Of a stretch of 52,663 bases of DNA, positions 18,253 to 27,517 are shown in pieces. Made by a program: the position numbers and the translations under genes. The notes beneath the pieces are model-generated. The model did not search any database and was not told the DNA's origin. It saw only the letters and a program-made list of their open reading frames with translations. Position 1 is the stretch's first letter; each line of letters begins with the position of its first letter. Origin of the DNA: Desulfurella sp. (GTDB taxonomy: Bacteria; Campylobacterota_A; Desulfurellia; Desulfurellales; Desulfurellaceae); assembly GCA_031960885.1 (NCBI GenBank), contig JAVRLY010000001.1, positions 1 through 52,663 on the forward strand, in the 5' to 3' direction.

Positions 18253-18603
18253 ATGTACAAAGTATTATTTCATATTGAGTTAGATAATACTGAACCATTA
18301 AAGGTTGCATTTGCGAATATAAAAAATCTTCTGAAGGAGATAGATGAGGCTCAGTGCGATATAGAACTTGTTGCCAACTATAAAGGTCCACTGTTATTTT
18401 TAAGAAAGAATATCGATATACAGATGCACAATGATATAATACAGCTTAGTAAAATTGGTGTAAAATTTTTAATGTGCAATAATTCGTTAAATAACTTGCG
18501 TATCAATAAAGATGATTTAATTAAAGAAGCGGGAATTGTGTCATCTGGTATTTTAGAAATTGTTAAACGTCAGTCTGAAGGTTATGCTTATATTAGAACT
18601 TAA
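18253..18603 (+). CDS. DsrE-family (YchN-like) protein
   Basis: KVLFHI, IELVAN..GP, GVKFLMCNNSL, VSSGILEIVKRQSEGYAYI; GGAG RBS before ATG 18253. Confidence 0.85.
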   Translation: MYKVLFHIELDNTEPLKVAFANIKNLLKEIDEAQCDIELVANYKGPLLFLRKNIDIQMHNDIIQLSKIGVKFLMCNNSLNNLRINKDDLIKEAGIVSSGILEIVKRQSEGYAYIRT

Positions 18604-18618
18604 ATTAAGGAGTTACAA

Positions 18619-19041
18619 ATGGACAGAAAAATAAAAAAATTATCAATAATTATTTCAAGGAATGGTTTTGAAGAAGTATTACCAGGACTTATTATGGCAA
18701 ATGGTGCAAGAATGGAAGGCATAGATGTGATGTTATTTTTTACATCTTTTGGGCTGGATGCTATAATTGAAAAAACTATGGATAATTTACCTTTAATCAA
18801 CAAAACGCATCCTGATCTTACAATAGAAGGTTTTAAACAAGCAATGGAAAAGTTTGATTTTCCCAGTATTAGAGAGTTTATTGAGATGATACATGATTCG
18901 GGGGCAAAGATATATGCATGCAGGGCAACTGTTGATCTTTGGGGTATAAAAAAGGAAGATTTTTGCCCTGAAGTGGATGACATTATATCTGTTGGACAGT
19001 TTTATACATTTTCAGATGATGCTCAGATAATATTTACTTAA
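18619..19041 (+). CDS. DsrE2-like (DsrE/F/DrsH-like) sulfurtransferase
   Basis: GLIMANGA, LFFTSFGLD, GAKIYACRATVDL, AQIIFT. Confidence 0.85.
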   Translation: MDRKIKKLSIIISRNGFEEVLPGLIMANGARMEGIDVMLFFTSFGLDAIIEKTMDNLPLINKTHPDLTIEGFKQAMEKFDFPSIREFIEMIHDSGAKIYACRATVDLWGIKKEDFCPEVDDIISVGQFYTFSDDAQIIFT

Positions 19042-19042
19042 A

Positions 19043-19594
19043 ATGGCTTATTTTCCTATTTTTGTAGAACTTGAAAATAAAGAAATAGTGGTAATAGGGG
19101 CAGGCGAGATTGCGTTGAGAAAAATTTTATCTCTGCTGCCCTTTAACCCTAAAATAACTGTTGTGGCTAAAGAAATAAATGAAGAAATAAAGAGATTGTA
19201 TGATTTAAACAAAATTGATTTAAAAATTAAATACTTTGAAGAAAGCGATATTAAGAATGATGCATTTTTTGTGATCGTTGCAGTAGATGATTTGGGTTTA
19301 CAAATGCATATTGCAAATATTTGCAAGCAGAAAAACATACTTGTTAATAGTGTTGATAAACCCCAATATTGTAGCTTTATTTTTGGTTCAATTATTCGTA
19401 AAAAAGATTTGGTAATTGGCATAAGTACATCATCTAAGGCTCCAGCTGTTTCAAAAGTTTTGAAAGAATATTTACTACAATGTTTGCCTGATAATATTGA
19501 AATTTTAATTGAGAAGGTTAATAAATTGAGGAAAGTTAATTTCGAAACCATGCAAGCTACTATAAAAGATTTTTTTAACAATGTTAGAAATTAA
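19043..19594 (+). CDS. sirC: Precorrin-2 dehydrogenase / sirohydrochlorin ferrochelatase (SirC/Met8p-like)
   Basis: YFPIF, VIGAGEIALRK, VNSVDKP..CSFIF, IGISTSSKAP. Confidence 0.88.
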   Translation: MAYFPIFVELENKEIVVIGAGEIALRKILSLLPFNPKITVVAKEINEEIKRLYDLNKIDLKIKYFEESDIKNDAFFVIVAVDDLGLQMHIANICKQKNILVNSVDKPQYCSFIFGSIIRKKDLVIGISTSSKAPAVSKVLKEYLLQCLPDNIEILIEKVNKLRKVNFETMQATIKDFFNNVRN

Positions 19595-20933
19595 TGTACC
19601 ACGCATTTATATTAGCGCTATAAAAAAAAGCTCGGGTAAAACAACTGTAGCTATAGCTCTTTCAAAAATTTTATCTAGAAAATACAATCTTCTTACATTC
19701 AAAAAGGGACCAGATTATATTGATCCTATGTGGCTTGAGTGTGCAAGCAAAAACTATTGTTATAATTTAGATTTTTTCTTTCTAAAAGAAAATCTTTATA
19801 GTTATTTTGTAAATAAAATCAAACAAAGTAATTGCAATTTTTGTCTTATTGAAGGCAATCATGGTTTGTTTGATGATATTCATTTAGATGGAAAAACAAG
19901 CAATGCAAGTTTGTCTAAAGTTACAAAAACGCCTATTATACTAGTTATTGATGTTAGCGAATTTGGGAGAAGTATAGCAGCTGTACTACAAGGCTTTGTA
20001 AATTTTGATAGAGATGTTTTTATAGGCGGTGTTATTTTAAATAAAATTCAATCAGCTCGACAAGAGAATAAGCTAATTGAGGCAATAAAAAAATATGTTA
20101 ATATACCAGTTTTAGGTGTTTTGCCACAACAAAAACAATCTATTGATCAAAGGCATCTAGGACTTTCATCAACAATGCCTATAGAAAAAAAACAAGAATT
20201 AATTGAAAATATTGCTGACAATTTAGAAAAATACATGGATATACAAGAAATTATACATATTGCAAAACAATCACCTAAGCTTTATGTCGATGAGTGTAAA
20301 TTAGCTATAAAAAAATTAAACAAACATGTTAGGTTAGCCATTGCATATGATGAAGCGTTTAATTTTTATTACAACCACAATTTAGAAAATTTACAGTTAA
20401 TGGGTATAGAAATAAAAAAATTTTCTCCAATGCGCGATGAGATGCCTGTTGCAGATGCTTTATACATTGGTGGAGGTTTTCCTGAATTATTCTTAAAAGA
20501 ACTACAAAATAATGAAAACATTCGCAAACAGATAAACAAATTAGCAAAGGAAGGCATGCCAATATACGCTGAATGCGGGGGGCTGATGTATTTAACAAAT
20601 AGTATATACTACAATGACATTATTGGAGAAATGTGTTCGGTGTTTGATTTGCAAACGCATATATCCAAAAAGCCCATTGGCCATGGATATACTGTATTAT
20701 TGCCAAAAAACAAAGAAAGTTTTATAGGCGATAAAAAGATTTATGCACATGAATTTCACCATGCTTTCTTCCCTGTGTTTAGTGGAATTAATTGTTTTTT
20801 TAATATTGAAAGGGGATACGGTATAAATGGTACTTGCGATGGAGCAGTAAAAAATAATGTTTTAGCAGGATTTTCTCATATTTTTGACTATAATAATGAT
20901 TTTTTTTACAATTGGATTAAATCGTGTACTTGA
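19581..20933 (+). CDS. dsrN: Siroheme amidase DsrN (cobyrinate a,c-diamide synthase family)
   Basis: SSGKTT, FKKGPDYIDPMW, IEGNHGLFD, GGGFPE, YAECGGLMY, AHEFH; last gene of the dsr operon. Confidence 0.9.
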   Translation: MLEINVPRIYISAIKKSSGKTTVAIALSKILSRKYNLLTFKKGPDYIDPMWLECASKNYCYNLDFFFLKENLYSYFVNKIKQSNCNFCLIEGNHGLFDDIHLDGKTSNASLSKVTKTPIILVIDVSEFGRSIAAVLQGFVNFDRDVFIGGVILNKIQSARQENKLIEAIKKYVNIPVLGVLPQQKQSIDQRHLGLSSTMPIEKKQELIENIADNLEKYMDIQEIIHIAKQSPKLYVDECKLAIKKLNKHVRLAIAYDEAFNFYYNHNLENLQLMGIEIKKFSPMRDEMPVADALYIGGGFPELFLKELQNNENIRKQINKLAKEGMPIYAECGGLMYLTNSIYYNDIIGEMCSVFDLQTHISKKPIGHGYTVLLPKNKESFIGDKKIYAHEFHHAFFPVFSGINCFFNIERGYGINGTCDGAVKNNVLAGFSHIFDYNNDFFYNWIKSCT

Positions 20934-20966
20934 TTTATAAATAATTAATTGTATAATTAAAAAAGT

Positions 20967-21623
20967 ATGTTATCAAAAGCAACTAGTTGGTTTGTAGAAG
21001 GTTTTAGACTATTCAAGTTAGGTTGGTCTGTTTTTTTGCTTCAAACATTGTTTATATTTATTACAATAGCAGTTTCTTATCTAATGAAAATATTTGTTTT
21101 GTCTATATTTTTATACATTATACAGATACTTTTAACAGCAGGCATGTTTATTAGTTTTTATAATCTAAAAAACTCACGAAAAATAACATTTGATAATCTA
21201 TTTGATGGTTTTTCATATAATTTGTCTGGTTTAATTATGCTAAGTATTATTTTTTTACTTTCTAGTTTAGTTGTGTCTTACTTATTAGTCCAATTTGTAA
21301 ATGTCAACAATATAATTAACTACAAACAGATAGCTATAAAAAACTATACACCAATTTTTTTAATAGCTATATTAGATGCAATAATCAATTTCATATTAAT
21401 GCTTTCTATGCCATTTGTGGCAATAAAAAAACTAAATGTGTTTGAATCTATTCGAAAAAGTGTTGTTATTTGTTTAAGACATTTAATATCGATTGTTATT
21501 CTGCTTTTTATCTTTTTTGTGCTTGGCGTCTTTGCTACATTTTCTATTATTGGCTGGTTAATATTGTTTCCTGTAGGTATTGGTTCAATATTTGCAATCT
21601 TTCATGAAAACTACGATATATAA
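20967..21623 (+). CDS. Integral membrane protein (BPSS1780/DUF2189-like)
   Basis: About five TM helices; SWFVEGFRLF and LFDGF segments. Confidence 0.6.
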   Translation: MLSKATSWFVEGFRLFKLGWSVFLLQTLFIFITIAVSYLMKIFVLSIFLYIIQILLTAGMFISFYNLKNSRKITFDNLFDGFSYNLSGLIMLSIIFLLSSLVVSYLLVQFVNVNNIINYKQIAIKNYTPIFLIAILDAIINFILMLSMPFVAIKKLNVFESIRKSVVICLRHLISIVILLFIFFVLGVFATFSIIGWLILFPVGIGSIFAIFHENYDI

Positions 21624-22195
21624 AATGGAATTTTGTCATTCTTGGCTTTATAAAGCAATTCATCGGCTCTTTGTATAATAGATTCAAACGTATCATTTAA
21701 TCTGATAGATGTAGCTCCTATTGAGGTGCTAACACTCATATTATCTAATTTTATATTAAAAGCTGATATAATCTTTCTGAGGTAAGGCTCAATTTTACTA
21801 AGAGTAGTATGTGGCAAAATTACAGAAAATTCATCGCCACCCCACCTGCACACTATATCGCTTAAGCGTGAGCTTGCTATCAAAATTTCTGCGAAATTTT
21901 TTAGTATTTCGTCGCCCTTTAAGTGACCGTATGTGTCATTGATGTATTTGAAATTATTTATATCAATCATACAAATAGAAAATATGTAGCCATACCGCTC
22001 AAATCTGCACAACTCTTTTTTTAAAGATTCTTCAAAGTATCTGCGGTTATGTAATTTTGTTAGGTGATCTTTATAAGCCATATCAATAAGAGTATTTATG
22101 AAGGTAGTGTATTTTTGGTGCATATCAACTTCATTTAATGTAGATATCTTTTTGCATATTTCATCCAAAAAACGTATATTTAAACCTTTTTGCAT
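21611..22195 (-). CDS. Stand-alone GGDEF diguanylate cyclase
   Basis: DHLTKLHNRR, DINNFKYINDTYGHLKGD, RLSD I-site, RWGGDEF; GGAGG RBS before ATG 22195. Confidence 0.92.
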   Translation of the reverse strand: MQKGLNIRFLDEICKKISTLNEVDMHQKYTTFINTLIDMAYKDHLTKLHNRRYFEESLKKELCRFERYGYIFSICMIDINNFKYINDTYGHLKGDEILKNFAEILIASSRLSDIVCRWGGDEFSVILPHTTLSKIEPYLRKIISAFNIKLDNMSVSTSIGATSIRLNDTFESIIQRADELLYKAKNDKIPFYIS

Positions 22196-22245
22196 TACTA
22201 CCTCCAACAATTATGTTTGATGCGTGCAAGTATACCAAAATTATT

Positions 22246-22274
22246 TTGACCAATCAATAAAAAAATGATAAAAT
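22246..22274 (+). promoter_or_regulatory. Sigma70 promoter with extended -10, 8 nt before ATG 22283
   Basis: TTGACC-N17-TAAAAT preceded by TG; no RBS. Confidence 0.6.
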
Positions 22275-22282
22275 TTTAAAAA

Positions 22283-22921
22283 ATGTTTGAGTTTAAAAAT
22301 GTAGTAGTAGAAAAAAAGAAAGAAAGGGTTATAGAAAGGGCAAATTTTAAGCTTGAGCAAACAGGTTTAGTATGGCTTAGAGGTCCTTCTGGTAGCGGAA
22401 AGTCTACTATTTTAAGGATAATGTGTATGCTAGAAAGCCCAACATACGGCGATGTTTTATATAAAGGTTCATCAATATATGACCTAGATATACCTACTTT
22501 TAGGTCAAATTGTATTTATGTGCCGCAAATGCCTATCCTTGGCCAAATGGATGTAATTGAATGCATTAAATTACCATTTACATTTAGAACAAACTCAAAA
22601 AAAACTTTTAATGAAAAAAAACTTTACGATTTATTAGAATATTTTGAATTGAATGATGCCCTATCTAAAAACATTACGCAGCTTTCAGGTGGGGAAAAAT
22701 TGCGCATTGCACTAATTCGAGCCATTCTTCTTGATTCAGAGTGTTTGCTGTTAGATGAGCCAACAAGCGCGCTTGATTTACCAATGGAACGAAAAACTAT
22801 CCAATTGCTAAAAGAGCTATCTGAAAAAAAACTTATTATTGCATCATTTCATACAGATTCAATAAAAGCGTTTTGCACACAAATTATTACAATTGAGAAT
22901 CGACATGCAAGCGCAAGTTGA
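22283..22921 (+). CDS. ABC transporter ATP-binding protein (FetA/YbbL-like)
   Basis: GPSGSGKST, LSGGEK, LLLDEPTSALD; paired with a UPF0014 permease. Confidence 0.88.
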   Translation: MFEFKNVVVEKKKERVIERANFKLEQTGLVWLRGPSGSGKSTILRIMCMLESPTYGDVLYKGSSIYDLDIPTFRSNCIYVPQMPILGQMDVIECIKLPFTFRTNSKKTFNEKKLYDLLEYFELNDALSKNITQLSGGEKLRIALIRAILLDSECLLLDEPTSALDLPMERKTIQLLKELSEKKLIIASFHTDSIKAFCTQIITIENRHASAS

Positions 22922-23684
22922 AACAATCTCATTAATTCAACTAATTATTTCATATTCAATGCTATTTGTTATTTTTTATGTAAACTATACAGAAAAGCTT
23001 AAACTGACGAAAGATATTGTTTTTTCTTTTTTGCGAATGAGTGTTCAATTGCTTCTAATTGGGTATATACTTAAGTTTATCTTCCAGATAAACAATACTT
23101 TTATAGTACTTATATATTATGCTATTATGGTTTTATTTGCTGCTAACATAGTAAAACAAAGGACAAAAGTGACATTTGCGCATGCTGGTGTAATAATGTT
23201 TGGAACAATTTTCATAGCAGGATTGATTGTTACAATTTTTATATCTGTTGTTAGTATTGGATTAAATAACCCATTTGAAGCGAGATATTTTATTCCTTTA
23301 GCTGGTATGATAGTAGGAAATTCAATGAATTCTACCACAATTGCAGTTGAGCGTTTTTTTAGTGAAATAAAACAAAACAGGCAGTATGTTGAAGAATTGC
23401 TTGCTTTGGGTGCATTATCAAAAGAAGCTGCTTTGGAATTTAAACAAAAAGCTTTTAGAGCAAGTCTTGCGCCGCAGCTTGCGAGTGTTAGCGCAATGGG
23501 CGTTGTAAGCCTTCCCGGCATGATGACAGGTCAAATATTATCTGGTATAAGCCCCACAGAAGCGATTAAATACCAAATGGTAATCTTGCTTGCCATTAAT
23601 ACAGCTATCTGTTTTTCAGTGTATATACTGCTATCTTTTGAACAAAAAAAGTTTTTTAACTCTCTTTCTCAATTAAATATCTAA
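22905..23684 (+). CDS. ABC permease, UPF0014 (FetB/YbbM-like)
   Basis: RMSVQLLLIGYIL, YFIPLAGMIVGNSM, GVVSLPGMMTGQILSG. Confidence 0.9.
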   Translation: MQAQVETISLIQLIISYSMLFVIFYVNYTEKLKLTKDIVFSFLRMSVQLLLIGYILKFIFQINNTFIVLIYYAIMVLFAANIVKQRTKVTFAHAGVIMFGTIFIAGLIVTIFISVVSIGLNNPFEARYFIPLAGMIVGNSMNSTTIAVERFFSEIKQNRQYVEELLALGALSKEAALEFKQKAFRASLAPQLASVSAMGVVSLPGMMTGQILSGISPTEAIKYQMVILLAINTAICFSVYILLSFEQKKFFNSLSQLNI

Positions 23685-24443
23685 AGTATTATTAGGTATA
23701 TCATATGACATATTATCAATATCCAATTTAAGGTTTTCTAGCCATACGTAAAATTTTTCTATATTATCTTTGCCTTTTATAAAAGCTCCGTGCTGGGGCG
23801 CTATCATTTCAATGTCTAGTTTTCTTGCCATATCTACCCATTTGTTTATAGCCGTTTTACTTGACATATATCTTTTGTGAAAACCGAGCATATATTGAGT
23901 GTGATTGTCAAAATCTTCTACAAAGGTATAGTTTTGGCCAAGTGATGCGCCTAAATCTCCGCTGTATAAAATTTTTGATATAGGGTCATAAATTTGAAAG
24001 TTTCCGGGTGAGTGCAAAAAATGCGCTGGGAGTATGTAAAGTTCACATTCGCCAAGTTTAATTTTTCCACCTTCATCTGCTAAACCTATAAGTTTATTAA
24101 CAAATATTGAGTCAACGCCAATATGTGGCAAAAATCTTATCCACAGATTTGATATCAAGGCTTTCGTTTTAGGTAATGTCATTAACTATCCATTTATAGC
24201 AGAAACAATATCTGGATCTTGATGTGATAAGAAAATATAAGTAATATTGCCTATTCCGCTTAAAGCGCCTATTTCTGTTAATACATGTTTGAATACTTTG
24301 TGTCCACCTGGGTCTAAGATAATACTTTTTTTGTTATCAACGATTAAATGTACGTTTGCTTGTACCATTTGGCCGCTACCAAAATCTTCAAGCAGAATAT
24401 TTTGGTGAAAACCGTTATCAAATAGCATTGTATTATTTCCCAT
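23673..24443 (-). pseudogene. Metallo-beta-lactamase-fold oxygen-binding di-iron (ODP-like) protein interrupted by an in-frame TAG at 24186-24188
   Basis: The two track ORFs share one frame: ...SHQDPDIVSAING-TAG-LMTLPKTKALISNLW...; motifs ILDPGG, HQDPD, AHFLHSPGNF, SGDLG, FHKRYM, IAPQHG. Confidence 0.85.
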
Positions 24444-24469
24444 AAAAACCTCCTTATTTAATTTTTTTA

Positions 24470-24498
24470 ATATTAATAAAATTGACTATAATTGTCAA
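24470..24498 (-). promoter_or_regulatory. Sigma70 promoter of the ODP-like gene
   Basis: TTGACA-N17-TAATAT; AGGAGG RBS downstream; the -35 is part of a TTGAC-N7-GTCAA inverted repeat. Confidence 0.6.
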
Positions 24499-24585
24499 GA
24501 ATATAATAAATGAAAATAATAATTTCTTATACTCTGCTACCTAACATTAATCAATAAAGATGATTTCTTTTTTGGTAACATACAT

Positions 24586-24661
24586 TGGTGGAGCTAAGGG
24601 GGATCGAACCCCTGACCTCTTGGCTGCCAGCCAAGCGCTCTCCCAGCTGAGCTATAGCCCC
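24586..24661 (-). tRNA. tRNA-Ala (anticodon GGC)
   Basis: GGGGCTATAGCTCAGCTGGGAGAGCG CTTGG-CTGGCAG-CCAAG ... GGTTCGATCC ... CTCCACCA, 76 nt with encoded CCA. Confidence 0.98.
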
Positions 24662-24673
24662 AAAACCTTTAGA

Positions 24674-24702
24674 ATACTAAACAAAAATTACTTTTTTGTC
24701 AA
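24674..24702 (-). promoter_or_regulatory. tRNA-Ala promoter
   Basis: TTGACA-N17-TAGTAT. Confidence 0.7.
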
Positions 24703-24808
24703 TTGCTTTTTTACAATATTAAGGAATGATTGTGTGTTTTTGCCAATCAATGTGTCAAATGCCATCTAAAGTTGATAGCCTTAGGTGGCATAATTTTTGG
24801 GGATTTTA

Positions 24809-25273
24809 CTACTTCTTTACTCCTTTTCCAGGACCTTCTGGTGCACCCTTTTCTGTCGGTTCACCAGCTTTTACCCATGCATCAAAGCCACCTTCGAGGT
24901 TAACTACATTATCGTAGCCCAATTCTTTTAATTCATAAGCTACTATAACACCTCTACCACCAGTTTTGCAATAAACCAAATAGAATTTATTTTTGTCTGG
25001 AAACCATGTTGGAGCTTGAAAATCAATTAAACCCCTTGGAGCCCAAATTGCACCTGGTATGTGGCCAGCAGCATATTCTGGGTATTCTCTTGCATCTAAA
25101 ACAATATAGCCTTTTTGTATAAGGTCTTTTGCTTCTTGTACGCTTACATTGTGGACGCATGTTTTTGCTTCTTTAATCTTTTTTTCTGCAAGTTCGGTTA
25201 AGCTGTAAGCGTACTTTAGGGGCATTGATGCAAGAAAACTAACTAATGCTAACAAAACCAAAAAACGTTTCAT
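24809..25273 (-). CDS. Exported single-domain rhodanese (Sud-like polysulfide sulfurtransferase)
   Basis: Signal peptide MKRFLVLLALVSFLASMPLKYAYS; LDAREYPEYAAGHIPGA, active-site loop YCKTGGR, LEGGFDAW; AGGAGG RBS. Confidence 0.88.
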   Translation of the reverse strand: MKRFLVLLALVSFLASMPLKYAYSLTELAEKKIKEAKTCVHNVSVQEAKDLIQKGYIVLDAREYPEYAAGHIPGAIWAPRGLIDFQAPTWFPDKNKFYLVYCKTGGRGVIVAYELKELGYDNVVNLEGGFDAWVKAGEPTEKGAPEGPGKGVKK

Positions 25274-25349
25274 AAAAGCACCTCCTTTAATTTTATTACA
25301 TAGATTATACAATTATGTTATTATAATGCAATAAAATTTCTGATTAAAT

Positions 25350-26681
25350 TTACTTTATTTTTTCAACCAGATTATAAGCATTGCTTATACAGTCGTTAAA
25401 TCCAACACCATAGAAAGCATTGCCAACAAAGTAAATTCCTCTATGTTTTGATTCAAATGTCTGCAAATCATTTATTATTTGTTTATGATTCATTAAATAT
25501 TGCGGTATTGCGTGAGTGTATTTTATAATTTTGTAATATTCAAATGGCGCATAGATATTTGCACTTCGTTGTAATTCTGCAATACTGCATTGCAATATCT
25601 CTAAATTATTTTTGAAAATAACAGATGGCCTTAAGGCTCCACCCAAAAACATTCTAACCAAAAACCTGTCTTCATGGCTTCTATATTTAAATATACTTGA
25701 ATCAAAAAGAACACCAATTGTATAATTAATTTTGTTTAAATCAAACAAGTAGCCATAAGAGTCAGTGGCACTGTTTGCAAATTTTTTATCAAACCCTAGT
25801 GCAGATAATACTATTGGTGAATACGGTATAGTTTTTAGTTCATCAGATAAATCTTTATCTAAATTGTATATAATATCTGCTGCTATATAAGCAGGTGTTG
25901 CTAGTACTACATAATCTGCTTCAAAGCAATCTATGTTTGTATACACCTTAAAAATAGATTTTTTCTCTATAGACTTTACACAATGGCCATTTAAAATATT
26001 GAGACTTTTGGATAAATGATCTATAAATGACTGCATACCATCTTTGAAAGAGTACAATTGTTTTGTTAAAGAACCCGACGCAACAGTTGCACTGGCTTTC
26101 TTTTGTCTAATTAATTTTATTAGGCCTTTGATTAAAGAGCCATACATAGACTCTATTTCTTTTATTCGCTTAAAGTTAGACATTATGCTCATAGTATATG
26201 GGTCTGCTGCATATATGCCAAGCGACATGGGTCCGATTAATTTATCCAAAAATTCTTTGCTAAGGCGCCTAATAACAAATTCAGCTACAGTTTCATCGTC
26301 GTAATTTGGTTTAACAAAAGGTTCTTTTAGCAATGCTAATTTTGATTTTAAGCTCAAAAAATTATCTAATATTAATTTTTGCTGTTTTTGAGGTATTTCA
26401 TAGAGCCTTCCATCAAATATAAATTTTTTGTTTGATGATTCGTTGGCTTGTATTAAGTTTTGTGAAAATCCAGCTTGTTCAATGAATTTGATAGTTGTTT
26501 CATTATATAAAAAACCATTTGGCCCGGCTTCGATTAAATAACCATTTTCTTTTATAGTGCGAATTTTGCCACCATTATGTTTTTCTTTTTCCAAAACCAA
26601 AACATCAAAACCCTCTTTTTTTAGTAAATATGCACAAGCAATACCAGATATGCCTGTTCCAATAACAATTACTTTTTTCAT
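25350..26681 (-). CDS. hemG: HemY-type protoporphyrinogen/coproporphyrinogen oxidase
   Basis: IGTGISG FAD motif, IEAGPNGF, GIYAAD, AIPQY, GVGFNDCI; in an operon with hemE and hemH. Confidence 0.9.
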   Translation of the reverse strand: MKKVIVIGTGISGIACAYLLKKEGFDVLVLEKEKHNGGKIRTIKENGYLIEAGPNGFLYNETTIKFIEQAGFSQNLIQANESSNKKFIFDGRLYEIPQKQQKLILDNFLSLKSKLALLKEPFVKPNYDDETVAEFVIRRLSKEFLDKLIGPMSLGIYAADPYTMSIMSNFKRIKEIESMYGSLIKGLIKLIRQKKASATVASGSLTKQLYSFKDGMQSFIDHLSKSLNILNGHCVKSIEKKSIFKVYTNIDCFEADYVVLATPAYIAADIIYNLDKDLSDELKTIPYSPIVLSALGFDKKFANSATDSYGYLFDLNKINYTIGVLFDSSIFKYRSHEDRFLVRMFLGGALRPSVIFKNNLEILQCSIAELQRSANIYAPFEYYKIIKYTHAIPQYLMNHKQIINDLQTFESKHRGIYFVGNAFYGVGFNDCISNAYNLVEKIK

Positions 26682-27517
26682 ATATACTTTCCTAAAATTT
26701 TATTTAATACTTCTATAAATTCATCATCATCATTGAAACAATTCAATCGCGTAAGTTTTATATTTAGGCTTTTTGCTATATTTGCATAAACAAAATCTAT
26801 TTCGTAAATTGTTTCTGTGTTGTCTGTTACAAAACTAACTGGCACAATAAGTACATTTTTTTCTTTTAGGGATGCTAATATCGTGGTAGTTGAAGGCTCA
26901 AGCCATTTTATGGGTCCAAGCTTGGATTGAAACGCAATGTAGTAATTTTTCATATTAAGGTTTTTTGCTATCATGTCACAAAAAATATACGTGTCTTTTT
27001 CATATGATTCGCCTTTTGCTATCTTAACAGGCAAGCTATGGTTAGAAAATATAACCGCATCAGGTTTAATCTCTATGTACTTATCGCTGACTTTTTGAAT
27101 GTAAAAGTCAACAAATTCTTCAAAAACGCTAAGCGGCGGTAGAATCTTTTTTGGCCTTAACGCAAATAACGACCCATAAAGCGTTTTTGAGTATATTGTG
27201 TATAATGGTAAAATTAGTCTATTTTGGCTGTATGAGCAAATCGGTTTTGAGTATGAAAAACAATAGTCTACAGCCTTTTGCGTGATATTTTGTAGTTTTT
27301 TTGCTTGAGAGATAGTAATTGAAAGCAGTGGGGAAGGTGCTTTTTTTAATATTTTACAAGTAGAAAAAGCGCGACTTAGCATTAGAGTGGCAAACATCTT
27401 TAGCAGAATAGGGTTTTTGATATTTGATATGTGTGGGTCGCTAAACATTTTATACAAAAAAGTAAAACATTCAGTTTTCTTTGATACGTAGCCTAAATTA
27501 ACTATTGTTATATTCAT
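26678..27517 (-). CDS. hemH: Ferrochelatase (compact)
   Basis: VNLG, FLYKMFSDP, FSNHSLP, FQSKLGPIKWLEP, PVSFVTDNTETIYEID. Confidence 0.92.
   Translation of the reverse strand: MNITIVNLGYVSKKTECFTFLYKMFSDPHISNIKNPILLKMFATLMLSRAFSTCKILKKAPSPLLSITISQAKKLQNITQKAVDYCFSYSKPICSYSQNRLILPLYTIYSKTLYGSLFALRPKKILPPLSVFEEFVDFYIQKVSDKYIEIKPDAVIFSNHSLPVKIAKGESYEKDTYIFCDMIAKNLNMKNYYIAFQSKLGPIKWLEPSTTTILASLKEKNVLIVPVSFVTDNTETIYEIDFVYANIAKSLNIKLTRLNCFNDDDEFIEVLNKILGKYI

Noticed and set aside
19581-20933. Calling this gene cobalamin-pathway cbiA/cobB
   Set aside because: No other cob/cbi genes nearby; its position at the end of the dsr operon indicates DsrN.
24186-24188. Pyrrolysine recoding of the amber codon
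   Set aside because: The position fits a Trp codon one substitution away, there are no pyl genes in the window, and many genes here end normally with TAG.
24560-24769. 69-aa ORF over tRNA-Ala, and 128-aa ORF 30788-31174 over tRNA-Val
   Set aside because: Translations of tRNA sequence and antisense aspS, not real CDSs.
24500-24800. tRNA-Ala as an integration site for a genomic island
   Set aside because: No integrase or transposase, and I saw no duplicated tRNA 3' end in the window.
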